The notes under the pieces are model-generated. The model ran no database searches and was not told where the DNA came from. It saw nothing but the letters and a program-made list of their open reading frames with translations. From assembly GCF_009914755.1 (NCBI RefSeq), contig NC_060945.1: a DNA stretch of 64,000 bases; one strand, 5' to 3'. The DNA comes from the human T2T-CHM13v2.0 reference genome, Homo sapiens. This document shows, in pieces, positions 39,542 through 61,869 of the stretch (position 1 is the stretch's first letter; each line of letters opens with the position of its first letter). Position numbers and translations under genes: made by a program.

Positions 39542-39887
39542 AGATTTTCTTTCTTTTGGATGTACACTCAGCAGTGGGATTGCTGGATCGTATGATAAAC
39601 GTATTTTTAGTTTTTTGAGGAATTTGTGTAAAGTTTTTTATACTAGTGGCACTAATTTACATTCCCATCAACAGTGTCCAAGAGATTTTCTTTCTCAACA
39701 TCCTCATCACCATCTATTATTTTCTCTTTTTGATAAAAGCCATTTTAACTGAGGTAAGATGATATCTCATTGTGGTTTTGATTTGCATTTCTCTAATGAT
39801 TAGTGATATTGAGGATTTTTTCATATACCAGTTGGCCATTTGTATGTCTTTTTTGGAGAAATGTCCTTTCAAATCCTTTGGCCATTT

Positions 39888-40567
39888 CTATTTCTATTTT
39901 TATTTATTTATTATACTTCAAGTTCTGGGATACATCTGCAGAACGTGCAGGTTTGTTACATAGGTATACATGTGCCATGGTGGTTTGCTGCACCCATCAA
40001 CCCATCATCTACATTAGGTATTTCACTTAATGCTATCCCTCCCCTTGCCCCCACCCCTCGACAGGCCCTCTGTGTGACTTTCCCCTCCCTGTTTCCATGT
40101 GTTCTCATTGTTCAACTCCCACTTATGAGTGAGAACATGCGGTGTTTGGTTTTCTACTCCTGTGTTAGTTTGCTGAGAATGGTTTCCAGCTTCATCCATG
40201 TCCCTGCAAAGGACATGAACTCATCCTTTTTTATGGCTGCATAGTATTCCATGGTGTATATATAGCACATTTTCTTTATCCAGTCTATCATTGATGGGCA
40301 TTTGGGTTGGTTCAAAGTCTTTGCTGTTGTGAATAGTGCTGCAATAAACATGCCTGTGCATGTGTCTTTATAGTAGAATGATTTATAATCCTTTGGATAT
40401 ATACCCAGTAATGAGATTGCTGGGTCAAATGGTATTTCTAGTTCTAGATCCTTGAGGAATCTAATTCCACTGTCTTCCACAATGGTTAAACTAATTTACA
40501 CTCCCAATAACAGTGTAAAAGTGTTCCTATTTCTCCACATCCTCTCCAGTATCTGTTGTTTCCTGGC
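39888..40567 (-). mobile_element. 5'-truncated L1PA (PA6-8-like, ~680 bp) nested in the L1MA
   Basis: TTATACTTCAAGTTCTGGGATACAT 3' end; minus ORF FLKDLELEIPFDPAISLLGIYPKDYKSFYYKDTCT (ORF2 C-terminus). Confidence 0.92.
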
Positions 40568-40865
40568 TTTATTTTTTTTTGAAATTTTTTGAGATGCCAA
40601 CTCACTCTGTCACCAAGGCTGAGTTCAATGGCACGATTTCAACTCACTACAATATCTGCTCCAGACTCAAGTGATCCTCATGCCTCAGCCTCTCAAATAG
40701 CTGGGACTACAGGTGTAATACCACGACCAGCTAATTTTTGTTATTTTTAGTAGAGAGGGTGGTTTTGCCGTGTTTGGCTAGTCTGGAACTCCTGGGCTCA
40801 AATGATCCACCCACCTTGGCCTCCCAAAGTGCTGGGATTACAGACATGAGCCACTGTGCCCAGCC
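40568..40865 (-). mobile_element. AluJ
   Basis: CTCCTGGGCTCAAATGATCC J-type diagnostics; directly abuts the L1PA fragment. Confidence 0.9.
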
Positions 40866-43800
40866 CCTTTGCCCATTTTTAACTGGATTGTTTGGTTTTT
40901 GTTTGTTTGTTTTGCTATTGAGTTTGAGGTCCTCATATATTCTGGTTAATTTCTTGTCACATGGATAGTTTGCAGATATTTTCTCCCATCCTGTTTGTTG
41001 TCTCTTCACTCTGTTGCTTGTTTCTTTTGCTAGGCAGAAGCTTTTTAGCTTGATATAATCCCATTTGTCTATTTTCTTGGTTGCCTGTGCTTTTGAGGTC
41101 TTATACACACAAAAAATTTGCCCATACCTATGTCCTGGAGCATTTCTCCTATGTTTTCTTCTAGTAGTTTCGTAGCTTCAGGTTTTAGATTTAAGTCTTT
41201 AATTTATTTTGAGTTGATTTTCATATATGGTGAGAGGTAGGGGTCTAGTTTCATTCTTCTGCATATGGATATACAGTTTTCTTCATAACCATTTATTGAT
41301 GAGACTGTCCTTTCCCCATTTTATATTCTTGGTGACTTTGTTGTGGATGACTTGACTATAAATGCCTGGATTTACATCTAGGATCTCTATTATTTTCCAT
41401 TAGTCTATGTGTTTGTTTTTAATGCAAATATCAGGCTGATATCATCACTACAGCTTTGTAGTATGTTTTGAAGTCAAGTATTGTGATGCTTCCAGCTTTG
41501 TTCTCTTTGCTCAGAATTACTTTGGCTATCATGGGTCTTTGTGGTTCCATATAAATATTATTTTTTTCTAGTTCTAAGAAGAATGCTGTTGGTATTTTGA
41601 CAGAGATTGCACCAGGTAGTATTATAATTTTAACAATATTAGTTCTTCCAATTCATGAGCATGGAATATCTTTCCATTTTTCATGTGTCTTCTTCAATTT
41701 TTGTATTAGTGTTTTATTATTTTTCTTGTATATATTTTTTACTTCTTTAGTTAAATTGATTCTTAGGTATTTTACATACTTTTTAGCTATATTAAGTGAG
41801 ATTGCTTTCTTGATTTCCTTATCAGATTGTTTGCTATTGCTGTATATAAATGCTACTGATTTTTATATGTTGATTTTGAGTGCTGCAACTTTATAAATTA
41901 ACTTATTAGTTCTAACTTTTTTTTGACAGAGTATTTAAGTTTTTCTAAGTATAAGATCATGTTGCCTGTGAACAAGGCTAATTTGATTTCTTCCTTTCCA
42001 ATCTGGATGCCCTGTACGTCTTTTAGTTGTCTGATTGCTCTGGCCAGGACTTCCAGTCTTATATTGGATAATACGTTGAAAAGTGGTGAAAGGGCACAAC
42101 CTGGTCTTGTTCCTGCTTTTACAGAAAAGGCTTTCAATTTTTCCTTACTCAGTATGATGTTAGTAGTGGGTTTGTCATGCATGGCCTTTATTATTTTGAG
42201 ATATATTCGTTCTACACCCAGTTTGTTGAGGGTATTTATTATGAATTTGAGTTTTACTGAACACTTTTTAAACATCTATTGAAATATCATGTGGTTTTGG
42301 GGTTTTGTTCTGTTAATGTGGTGTTTCATACTTATTGATTTTTGTTTGTTGAATTATCCTCGCATCCCTGGGATGAATCACACATGATAATGGTGAATGA
42401 TCTTTTTAATGTGATGTTGAATTTAATTTGCCAGTATTTTGTTGAGGATTTTTGCATCTTGTTTCTAAGTGATATTGGCCTGTAGTTTTCTCTATTGTTG
42501 TGTCCTTGTCTGATTTTGTTATCACAGTAATCCTGTCCTTGTAGAATGAATTTGGAAGTATTCCATTCTCTTCAATATTTTTGAAGACTTTGAGGATAAA
42601 TGGCATTAATTATTTTTTAAATATTTGGTAGAATTTGGCAGTGAATCTATCAGGTCCAGGGATTCTCTTTGATAGAATAATTTTTATTACAGCTTTGATA
42701 TTGTTACTCATTATTGGATTGTTGCAATTTCATGCTTCTTTGTGGTTCAATCTTGGGTGCTTGTATGTGTCCAGGAATTTATCCATTTTCTCTAGGTTTT
42801 CCCATTTTTTGGCATATAATTATTTGTAATAATTTTTAATGATTCTTTGTATTTCTGTTGTCTCAGTTGGTATGTGTCGTTTTTTATTTCTGATTTATTT
42901 CAGTCTTCTCATTTTTTATTAGTCTACCTCAGGGTTTGTTAATTTTGTTAATCTTTTCAAAAAATCCAACTTCTTTTTATTTTGATCTTGTGTATTATTT
43001 TAGTCTCAATCTCATTTATTTCTTCTCTAATCCTTATTATTTCATTTCTCCTACTAATTAGGTGTTTGGTTTGTTCTTGCTTGTCTACTTCCTTAGCGTG
43101 CATCATTTGGTTGTTCATTCTAAGTATTTTTACTTTTTTCTATATAGGCATTTATTGCTATAAACTCTCCTCTCTGAACTGCTTTTGCTGTATCCCATAG
43201 ATTTTGGTACGTTATATTTCCATTTTCATTTGTTTCAAAATTTTTTAGAACTTCCTTCTTAGTATTTTTTTTTGACCAATAGTCATCTAGGAGCGTGTTT
43301 TTAAATTTCCACGTTTGTGTAATTTCCAAGGTTCTGCTTCTCCACTGATCTCTGGTTTTATCACTGTGGTCAGAAAAGACACTAATATGATTTCTACTTG
43401 TTGAGACTCATTTTGTGGTCTAAGAGATTATTTATTCTTGAGAATGTTTCATGTGCTGATGAAAAGAATGTGTATTCTGTAGCTGTTGGGTGAAATATTC
43501 TGTAAATGTCGGTTAGACTTCTTTGGTCATATGTGAAGTTTTTAACTCATATTTCTTTGTTGATTTTCTGTCTGAGTGATATGTCTGTAACTGAGAATGG
43601 GGTGTTGAAGTCTCTTACTGTTATTGTATAGCACTCTATCTCTCCCTTTAGATCTATTAATGCTTGCTTTATATACTTGGGTGCTCTGGTGTTAGGTGCA
43701 TATATATTTACAATTGTTATATTCTCTCACTGAATTGACCCCTTTATCATTATTGAGTAGGATTCTTTATATCTTTGTATCTTTTTACAGTCTTTGACTT

Positions 43801-46785
43801 GTAGTTTATTTTATTTGATCTACAAATAGTTATTCCTGCTCTTTTTTGGTTTCCGGTTGCATGGAAACCAATCTTTCTCCACCTCTTCACTCTCAGTCTG
43901 TGCGTGTCTTTATAGGTAAAGTGGGCTTCTTATAGGCAGCATATAGTTGGGTCTTGTTTTTTTTTTTTTTTTGCTTTTGTTTTTGTTTTTTACCCATTCT
44001 GCCACTCAATGCCATTTAACTGGAGAATTTAGTCCATTTGAATTCAGTATTATTATTGATAAGTAAGAACTTACTATTGACATTTTGTTGCTTATTTTCC
44101 TGTTGTTTTGTTACTCTTCTGTTTCTTTTTTCCTTTCCTACTACCTTCTTATGTGATAAGTAATATTCTCTGGTAGTAAGATTTTATTTGTTGCCTTTTT
44201 ATTTCTAGTGTGTCTTTTATAGTTTTGTATGTGTGTGTGTGTGTGGTTTCCATAAGGCCTACAAAGAATATCTTAAAGATTAACAAATTAGTTTAAATCT
44301 ATGACAAATTATCTTAGACCACAAATAATAGAAACAAAGAACAAGTGAAAAAAAACTGTATGCATTAACTTCATCTCTGTCCCTCAACATTTTGACTTCA
44401 TGTTGTCTCAATTTACATGTTTCTATATCAGATATCTCTTAATAGGTTGTTATAGCTATAATTGTTTTTTCATAGATATGTCTTTTGGGCTTCATACTAG
44501 TTATGAGTGGGTTGTACACCATAATTATAATTAGTAGAGTATTCTGGGTTTGTCAATGTACTTAAGTTTACCAGGGGTTTTATACCTTCAAATTTTTTTT
44601 TTTTTTTGCACATTACTGTTTTGTTTTGTTTTTTCTTCAGATTGAAGAACTCCCTCTAGCATTTCTCATAAGACATGTTGGTAGTGGTAAAGTCTCTCGG
44701 CTTTTGTTTATCTGAGTAAAACTTTATTTCTCCATATTTGATATAAAAATTTGCTGCATATAATATTCTTGCATGGCAGGTTTTTTTCTTTAAGCACTAT
44801 GATAATGTCATCCCACTTCCTACTGGCTCATATGGTTTCTGTTGAGAAGTCTGTTGCCAGATAAATTGGAACTCCTTCATATGTTATTTGCTTATTTTTT
44901 TCTTGCTGCTTTTAGGATAATTTCTTTGCCTTGACATTTGAGAGTTCAATTATTATATACCTTGGGGTAGTCTTTTTTGTCCATGTCTGTTTGGTGTTCT
45001 CTGAGCTTCCTGTACTTGGATATTTAGGTCTTTCTCAAGTATTGGAAACTTTTCTATTATTTCTTTGAATATGCTTTCTATCCATTATTCTGGCTTAATT
45101 TCCTTTTGAACACCAATAATTCTTAGAGTTGGTATCTTAAGGTAATGTTCTATGTCTTTAGGTGATCTTCATTTCTTTTCATTCATATTTCTTTTTTCTT
45201 CTTCATGTATTTTCAATTAGCCTGTTTTTCAGCTCACTGATTCTTTCCTCTGCTTGTTCCATTGTGCTGTTGAGGGCCTCTAGTGAGATTTTCAGTTTAG
45301 CAAATGTATTTCTCACTTCTAAGATGTATGTTTGATTTTTAAAAATTACAATCTATATTAAATTTCTCTGATAAATTTCTAAGTTGCTTTTCTGTGCTAT
45401 CTTGGAGATCACTGTGTTTCCTTAAATCTGCTTTTTTGAATGCTTGTTCAGAGAGTTCACGCATCACAGCCACTAGGGTCAGTCACTGGTTTCTTGCTTT
45501 GTCCATTGGGAAGATCATGATTCCCTCTTTGCTGATGTGTGTGTGTGTGTGTGTGTACATCACCGTTTTTGCACTAAAGGATTAGTTGTTGAATCCAGTC
45601 TTCTCTGTCGGCTTATTTTGGTTTTTATTGGACATGTTTCCTTAGATGTTTTTATAATTAGCTGCTGGTTTGCTTTCTCATCTTTTTTTTTCCTGCTGGG
45701 TTGCTGCCTCCTTTTTAGCACTAGGTGGCACCTTAAGCCCAGGTTGGCCTCAACTCTAGTAAACAGTCGGAGGGCTGCTCATCTTAAGTGGGAGGGGTTC
45801 CAAAGGGAATGTCCCAATAGTGTGGGAATGCTGGTTAGGAGTTTGTGCCCTAGGAACCTGCAGAACATACCTCCTATAGTATAGTGCCGCTGAACAGCCA
45901 TTCTGATTTGGTGTCAACTTTGGCCAAGTTACCTATCAGAGTTTCCAGGGTTGAGGATGATAGTCTTATCACCCCACCTTGTCTCTGGCTGTCTTCGGAG
46001 ATATTTCTCCCTTTAGGCACTTGCAATGCTTCCTGTAGATTGATACTGGAATAGACTTCCTTTCAGGGATCCCAAGGTGATGGGGAAGCTGGCTGTTAGC
46101 CTTGATTTCACCTTTTTCTGTGTATAAATTGTGAACAAGGGGAAATTTCTATGCACTTGGTTACAGTCAGATTGAAGGGAGAGGCATCAAGGATATAGAA
46201 TTCCAATTCTCTTTCCATCTGCTCAGAGTTTTTTCACTTCTCTTTGGCTCTGGGAACTGTGTCTTCCTCATATTTTAGTTCCAAGACATTGGCAGTGATA
46301 ATCTCAGTGCTGCATATTTGTTTTTGGTTTTCTATGGTGGGTAGGTTAAGTCAGCTTTCTTCTACACTGCTATTTTGGAACCAGAAATCCTATACATTGG
46401 TAAAAATAAAGTAGGAAAGAATAGAAAGCACTAGACCAACTCTTCATGAAATTTATGTGTGAATTAAAGGAAATATGTTTATACTTATTAGAATGTACCC
46501 AAAAATTGTTGCGATCATAAATATACACATTATAGATTGATGTTAGATAGATGGATAGATATACAACATATAGAAGAATTAAGTCTGATTGCTTCCAAAT
46601 GGAAGGAAACCTCTAGGAGAGTAAGATTGAAGAGCAGAAGCAAGAAAGTGAATTTATGAAAGAACAAGTTCCCCAAATAAGCAAAAAATAAAAACAAACC
46701 AAATTATGTATATAATTGGGAGAAAAACCAGGAAAGGAAAAAATAGAATATCTTCCTTGAAGAAATATTTTTAAGAAAAGGAAAA

Positions 46786-47163
<378 letters not shown>

Positions 47164-48060
47164 CTAAAAAAAAAAAAAAAAAAAAAAAAAGGAAATAAAG
47201 GGTCATCCATGGTAACCAAAAGCAGAAGAATAGAAGTTAAGTATTTACCAAGTCTGGAAATGTGTTTTATAGCGAATATAAAAGTGTAAATTCACAATGA
47301 CTAGAAGCCTTATTGAGCAAGAATGAAGAGGTTGACTAAAATTAAACAGAAGGACATGCTAGTGAACATATTCCACCCATGGTTAATTGTTACTATCAAG
47401 CCTTAGCAGAAAGCAAAATTGGAAAAAAAGAAAAAAATAAATTCACCTACTATGTAAAGTAGATGAATTTATGTTAGGAAGAAAAATCTTAAGGACATTA
47501 AGAAAACAAATATTATTATCATCTTACAATTACATAAATTTAAAACCTAGCTTTTACAAAGTTTGAGGTTTTTATTTTACCTTTGGAAAATAAAGTTCAG
47601 AAATTGTAGAGTGATATTGAAAAAAATTTAACTGTTTAGAAATGCAAGTACTATCAACATCACTGTCTACTGTGTTCAAAGATAAGTATTAACACTGATA
47701 TTATCCAAAACAGGAATAAAAATAAAAACTATGCTGAATGAGGCCATAAGATTTTCTCCTTTTTCAACAACAAAAGTGATTAACTGCACACGGTTACTGC
47801 TTTTACGTTGTAATGCTATATTCCTCAACAATGGTGTCTTCCAAAATGAGTCTCTTTTTGTTTCTGAATGACAATAACCAAGAGTTATGGGCTGAATTGT
47901 GTCACTCCACAGTTCATATATTGAAGCCCTCACTCCCAGTACCTCAGAATGTGTCTCTAACTGGAGATAGAGCCTTTAAACAGGTAATTATGTTAAAATG
48001 AGGCCATTAGGGTGAATCCTTATCTAATATGACTTGTGACTTTATAGAAACAATGAATTC

Positions 48061-56094
<8,034 letters not shown>

Positions 56095-56725
56095 AAACAA
56101 TAAATTTGAATAAGCAGAAATACCAAGAATGAGGAAGCACAGTGAAAAGGCTACCGTTTGCGAGCAAAAAGGCTGCCATCTCCAAGCCAAGGAGAGTTGC
56201 CCCAGAAGAAACTAAACCTGCCAACACCTTGATTTGGACATCTAGCCTCAAGAACTGTGGGAAAATAAATCTATCCTTTTTAAGCCATCCAGTCTGTGGT
56301 ATTTCATTACAGGAGCCTTAGCAAACTAATATACCCAGTTTTTCTGCTTTGTTTTGTTTTTTACCCTTTAATTGTAATTCACAACGTGGATTTTTTTCTA
56401 ATGTGCCCTTCAGTATTTTACTACCTGCCCCTGCGAGATTTCCTGTCTTTCAAAATCAAGTCTAGCAAAGCTGACCTAGAGCAGGGTAAGTATCTCCATG
56501 CTGAAAGACTGAGCTTTCCTACAACCTCACAATTAAGAATGCTTTCATGCTACTTAAAATTAAAGATGGCTGCTAAAACAAGAACTTGCAGGTAGCCATT
56601 TAGCAACGTTTAAAAGGTAGGCTGGAGTTCATTCAATTTTGTCTTTAGTGCAAGGCCCAAGTGTTTGGCACCTTCCTCATCAGCTTCCAAAGGAAATGTT
56701 AGGCTTTGCTGATTGCTGATTTATT

Positions 56726-57031
<306 letters not shown>

Positions 57032-57609
57032 TGGTTGCTGATTTATTGATGACCATTTTAGGTTTCACAAATACTGCTCTTATCATTGCACAAGATTATG
57101 AACAAATATCTTGTTTTCTCTAGTCAATTCTCATGTTTAACGTTGGCTTGATGTCTTCATCTCCAAATAATCATATTTTTCCCTCTTAATTATAGAGCAA
57201 ATGAACAATGAGATGGTATGACTCAATTAGATTGCTGCATTACTGAATGCAGAAAAACTCTCATGTTCTCCTATCACCTTCGTACCCACTCCACTCCAAC
57301 ATTCATTCACAGTTTATTTGTCCGTAGGTAAATACCAAGAAAGCTAGATTAATTAGAGCTCTTCCCTAGGTAGTTTTTGCAAACTAGACCAAGGAAAGAA
57401 AATATGTCTTGGTTGAAGGAGTTCGAGTTATGACCCTTAACAACTATGAGCAGCCACGTGCCACCAATTTGGAATAATTACTTTTACAGTGAGAGGGAAT
57501 AAAGTGGATATGGGAAATAATAGCATCCAGCTCACAGGGTTGTAAGACTTAAATGGGATTATGTATGTAAAGTACTTACCACCATTCAATAGATGCTGGC
57601 AAAAACAAT

Positions 57610-58113
57610 TAAAACTAAGAAGGGTCTCAGATTTTAGCCTGCTTGTAAGCCAACAAGCAGCCTGCCACTGTTTCATGAATGCTGGCAGAAGACATAAGAC
57701 TCCTCAGCTAGAAAAAAAGGGTGTTATTACTTTTGGCACAGTGGGCAGCAAGAGCTTCAATGTAAACACTGGCCTCTAAGTCTCATGGTCATGACAGAGG
57801 CAGGCACAGGTGGATGCTGTAAGCACAATGAGTGTGTGTCACAGCTGAGAAATCCAATCTTAGGAATCTCCAATTGTTTATAACGGGCTGCCTGAAAACC
57901 TGCTCAACCTTTGCCCTGGAGGAAGGCATTATCTTTATTATACTTGACAACAAACAAACCTGTCATCTGTTCTAGGGGCAAGACCCTGTCTCTGTCTTAC
58001 AAGGCTATTTGCTATACATACATCCTTGAAAAGACAGTCTGGACAAAACTGTGAATGCCTCTGGTTAAAAGAAGTGCAGGTATGAGAGACCCATGGAGAA
58101 TTCTCTTTGAACA
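57610..58113 (-). mobile_element. LTR47-like solo LTR
   Basis: AAGGGTCTCAGATTTTAGCCTGCTTGTAAGC...GAGAGACCCATGGAGAATTCTCTTTGAACA. Confidence 0.7.
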
Positions 58114-58447
58114 ATAATTAATAGATATTTAGAATTGAGAGCACTGAGATATTTATTGAGCATTAGTAAATAAAGAAACATGGATTTAGAAGCTAAATTG
58201 CTGGTAATATTATGTAATCTTTGATTTAATAGATGAGAAGCCTTGTCCTGGGTAAGGAAATTAATTTAGCTTTAGCATAGAGAATATGAGTTATCTATAG
58301 CACATACAATGAAAATATTCAATGAGAAACTGGAAATTGATTCAGATGATAGAAAAATATTAAAATCTGGTTATACCAACATTGCAATCATACTTACAAA
58401 AAGGTCAACTAGTACTTTCTTTTCCTCATTATGATGACTTTCAAGCT

Positions 58448-58925
58448 CAGGGGTCAACAAATCAGCCCATAGGTTAAATTCTGTTCACTACCTGTTTTTG
58501 TATAAAGTTGCATTGAAACACAGCCACACTCCATCCTGATATTTTTGTTTAAATCTTAGATTCAAAGGATACATGTATAGGTTTGTTACATGGATATGTT
58601 GCATAATGCTGAGGTTTGGGCTTCAGTTGAACTCATCACCCAATTAGTGAACACAGTACCCAATAGATAGTTTATCAACCATTGCCCCCTCCCTCCCTTT
58701 CCCCTTAGGCATCCCTAGTGTCTCTCTGTTTCCATCCTTATGGGCACTTAGGTAGATGCCATGTCTTTTCTATTGTGAATGGCACAACACACCCTTTCAT
58801 TTATATATTGTCTGTGGCTGCATTCATACTACAATGGTAAAGTTTGATAGTAGCAACAGAAATGACTCACAAAGCCAAAAATATTTACTATCTAATTCTT
58901 TACAGAAAAAGCTGGCTGCCCTCTG
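58448..58925 (+). mobile_element. MER58A-like element interrupted by a short minus-strand L1P 3' fragment (~58535-58785)
   Basis: CAGGGGTCAACAAA...GAAACACAGCCACAC resumes as TCATTTATATATTGTCTGTGGCTGC...CAAAAATATTTACTATCT; the insert reads TACATGTATAGGTTTGTTACATGG. Confidence 0.75.
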
Positions 58926-58951
58926 TTCTAAACTCTTAAATTTGTGGATCA

Positions 58952-59368
58952 GCTCATGGAATCAACTTAAGTGTCCATAACGGATGGATTGGATAAAGAA
59001 AATGTGGTACATATGCACCATGGAATACTACACAGACATTAAAAAAAATCACGTCCTTGTCAGCAACATGGATGCAGCTGGAGGTCATTATCCTAAGTGA
59101 ATCAACACAGAAACAGAACATCAAACACTGCATTTTCTCGTAAGTGGAAGCTGAACTGTGGGTACACAGGAACATAAAGATGAAAATAATAGACACTGGG
59201 GGCTCTAAAAGTGGGGAGAGAAAGAGGAGGACAAGGGTTGAAAAACTACCTATTGAGTATCTATGTTCACTCTTTGGGTGATGGGTTCACCAGAATCCCA
59301 AATGCCAGCATTATGCAATACACCCATGCAATAAACCTGCACATGTACCCCTGAATTTGTAATAAAAA
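58952..59368 (+). mobile_element. 5'-truncated L1PB/late-L1PA 3' end
   Basis: ATGGAATCAACTTAAGTGTCCAT...AAACCTGCACATGTACCCCTGAAT; degenerate TSD AAATTTG...ATCA. Confidence 0.88.
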
Positions 59369-60744
59369 TTTGAACATCATCAGTCCTTCTTTCCAAAGTT
59401 TTATATTATAAAACCATATCTACTTTTTCTCTGAGGCTACTTTGCATTTACCTAGTTGTATTTTCCCCAAGTAATTATAATCCAGAGAAAGAATGAGTTA
59501 AATGCTATATCAGTGGTATACATTGCAATGATAGAACCAAGAAAGAAAAAAAAATTAAAAAATAGAAACTCACATGGGAAAATTTTGGAATGTCCTCCCA
59601 GAAGATGTGGTTTAAGGAGGGCCTTTAAGGACGGTTAAAACACTGACACACAAAACTTCATCACTGGTGAGGAAATTACACAAGTAAAGAAAGGAAAGGA
59701 GTTTGTGGCAAACAAGGATACATAGATCAGGGAACCAACCAAGGTTAGGTCAAAGCAATAGGATACAAACACACTATTTTTCATATTGTTTTGTGATTCA
59801 AGTTCTGTAACTGCTTAAAAGTCTGGGACATGTGTGCATTATGCAGAATGAGAAGGAAAAGTTAGAGTCAGCAAAAAGAAGGCCAAGATAACCTGCTGTG
59901 ACAAGCAAAGCAAATGAGAAGCTTGTTGGACAAAAATAGATTCTATAATCCAATGCCTTTTCCTGATTGTTGACAGAGGCAGAGTAGATGTGCATAATAT
60001 GGAGCATTTGTCAAGGTGATGTCAAAAGATGATGCTTCCCACCTGGGAACTTAGTTTAGGATTATGACTTACAAAGCGCAAGTAAAGTCATGAATGCAGA
60101 GATCATTGCAAAAAAAAAAAAAAAATCTGTCATTAAAAGTCTTTATATAATCTAATTATATAAATTTGGAATACATATTGAAAAGCTATCTTAAAAAGAG
60201 GTTGTTTTGAAGTTTTATATCATGTTTGTAAAAATAATTTGAGGTAAAAAGTGTCTTCTAGTTGCATCAGGCTATGACAAGTCATGATTTCATTAACTCT
60301 GTAGTTTACCATAACAGTCTAGTTGTATGGTTGTTAAGGGCATTGAAAATTATGTATTAATATTTAATTCCCTTTTTAAATATTTGTGTGGTTCTCTTAT
60401 ACCACTTCCATATGTGGTGGCTATGAATTTCAGTCCATAAACATGAGGGCTCAGGAAATAGCACTTTATTTGCTGTAACAAGTTTTATATGTATGTATGT
60501 AACAAGCTCAGTTTTATTTCTGAGCTGAAGTTGATTTTTCCTCAGTCACTTATTTTTTCTTCCATCCCCAAGACCATTCCATGGTTTCAGTATCTTCAGT
60601 TAATGTCAAGGTATTGTGGGAGGGGGCACTGTCTGGACATCAATCATTTTTCTTCACAGACAACTCTTATTCTTTACATGGCTGCTTCAGTTCTGTCAAT
60701 TCCCTTTAGCTTCCATGCCTTGACTGAGGCCCAGCAACTCTTCT

Positions 60745-61045
60745 CTTTTTTTGAGATCCTGCAAGAAAAGATGACCCTCTGTTGCCCTGGCTGGAGTGCA
60801 GTGGTGTGAACACAACTCACTGGAGCCTCAATCTCCTGGGCTCAAGCTATTCTCCTGCCTCAGGTTCCTGAGTAGCTGGGACCACAGGTACATGCCACCA
60901 TGCACAACCAATTTTTAAAATGTTTTGTAGAGACAGGGTCTCACTATGTTCCCTAGGCTGGTCTCAAACTCCTGGGCTCAAGTGATACTCCCACCTCAGC
61001 CTGCCAAAGTGCTGGGATTATAGGTGTGAGCCACCATGCCCAGGC
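60745..61045 (-). mobile_element. AluJ
   Basis: CTCCTGGGCTCAAG present in both arms; TSD CCAG(C/T)AACT. Confidence 0.9.
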
Positions 61046-61232
61046 TCCAGTAACTTTTTTAACGGCTGTCTTCGATTCTTCTTACTAGAATCACCATGCA
61101 GCCAGTTCTCTTTACGATTTGTTTATCTTACTCCCTCCACAGAGGCACTTACTAGGAAAGAGAAGATCATCTCTACTCAGGATTTACCATCCACTTTACC
61201 TCCTTGCTAAGGTAATTTCTTTTATGAGTCTC

Positions 61233-61646
61233 TTTGTTAGTCAATTTGTGTTACTATAAAGAAACACCCAAGACTGGGCAATTCATAAAGAAAAGAGGTT
61301 TGTTTTAGCTCACGCTTCTGAAGGCTGTTAGGAAGCATGGTGCTGGCATCTGTTTCCAGTGAGTCCTCAGGAAGCTTACAATCATGGTGGAAGGGGAAGT
61401 GGGAGCAGGCACATCACATGGCAAGAGAGAGAGCGTGTAGGTGCCAGGCTATTTTAAATGACTAACTCTCACGTGAATATCTGTGAACTGACAATGAGAA
61501 CTCACTCATTACCAGGGGAAGAGCCCCAAGCCACTAATGAAGGCTATGCCTTCACGATCCATACATCTCCACCAGGCCTCACCTCCAACACTGGGGATCA
61601 CATTTCAACATGAGATTTGGAGAAAACACACATCGAAACCATATTA
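61233..61646 (-). mobile_element. MSTB-like MaLR solo LTR
   Basis: TTAGTCAATTTGTGTTACTATAAAG...GGAAGCATGGTGCTGGCATCTG...CATTTCAACATGAGATTTGG...AAACCATATTA. Confidence 0.85.
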
Positions 61647-61869
61647 GTAGGTAAGAAAAATGCCCCTTCAAAATGCTCTAGCTAGCTCCTTCTCAATCCC
61701 TTTCCTGTGGAAAGTCAACTGCTCAGTAGTATGAGTCAGTGACTTTGGAGCTAGGAAGGAACTTGGTCACCATAACCAGCATGTTTTACAAGACTGACAC
61801 CAACAAACCTCTTCAAATTTTCGAATTAGTTGAAGACAAGAAGATTTAGCAAATAAGTGAGTGAATTCA

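Larger units (their letters stand above)
38598..46387 (-). mobile_element. Near full-length old L1MA (5' UTR, ORF1, long spacer, ORF2, 3' UTR; all disrupted)
   Basis: Minus-strand ORF2 fragments (LKAFSVKAGTRPGCALSPLFN, LEVLARAIRQ, YQNLWDTAKAVQRGEFIAINAYI); ORF1 end near 44640; L1M-type 5' end TTCTGGTTCCAAAATAGCAG (reverse complement of ~46367-46386). Confidence 0.9.
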
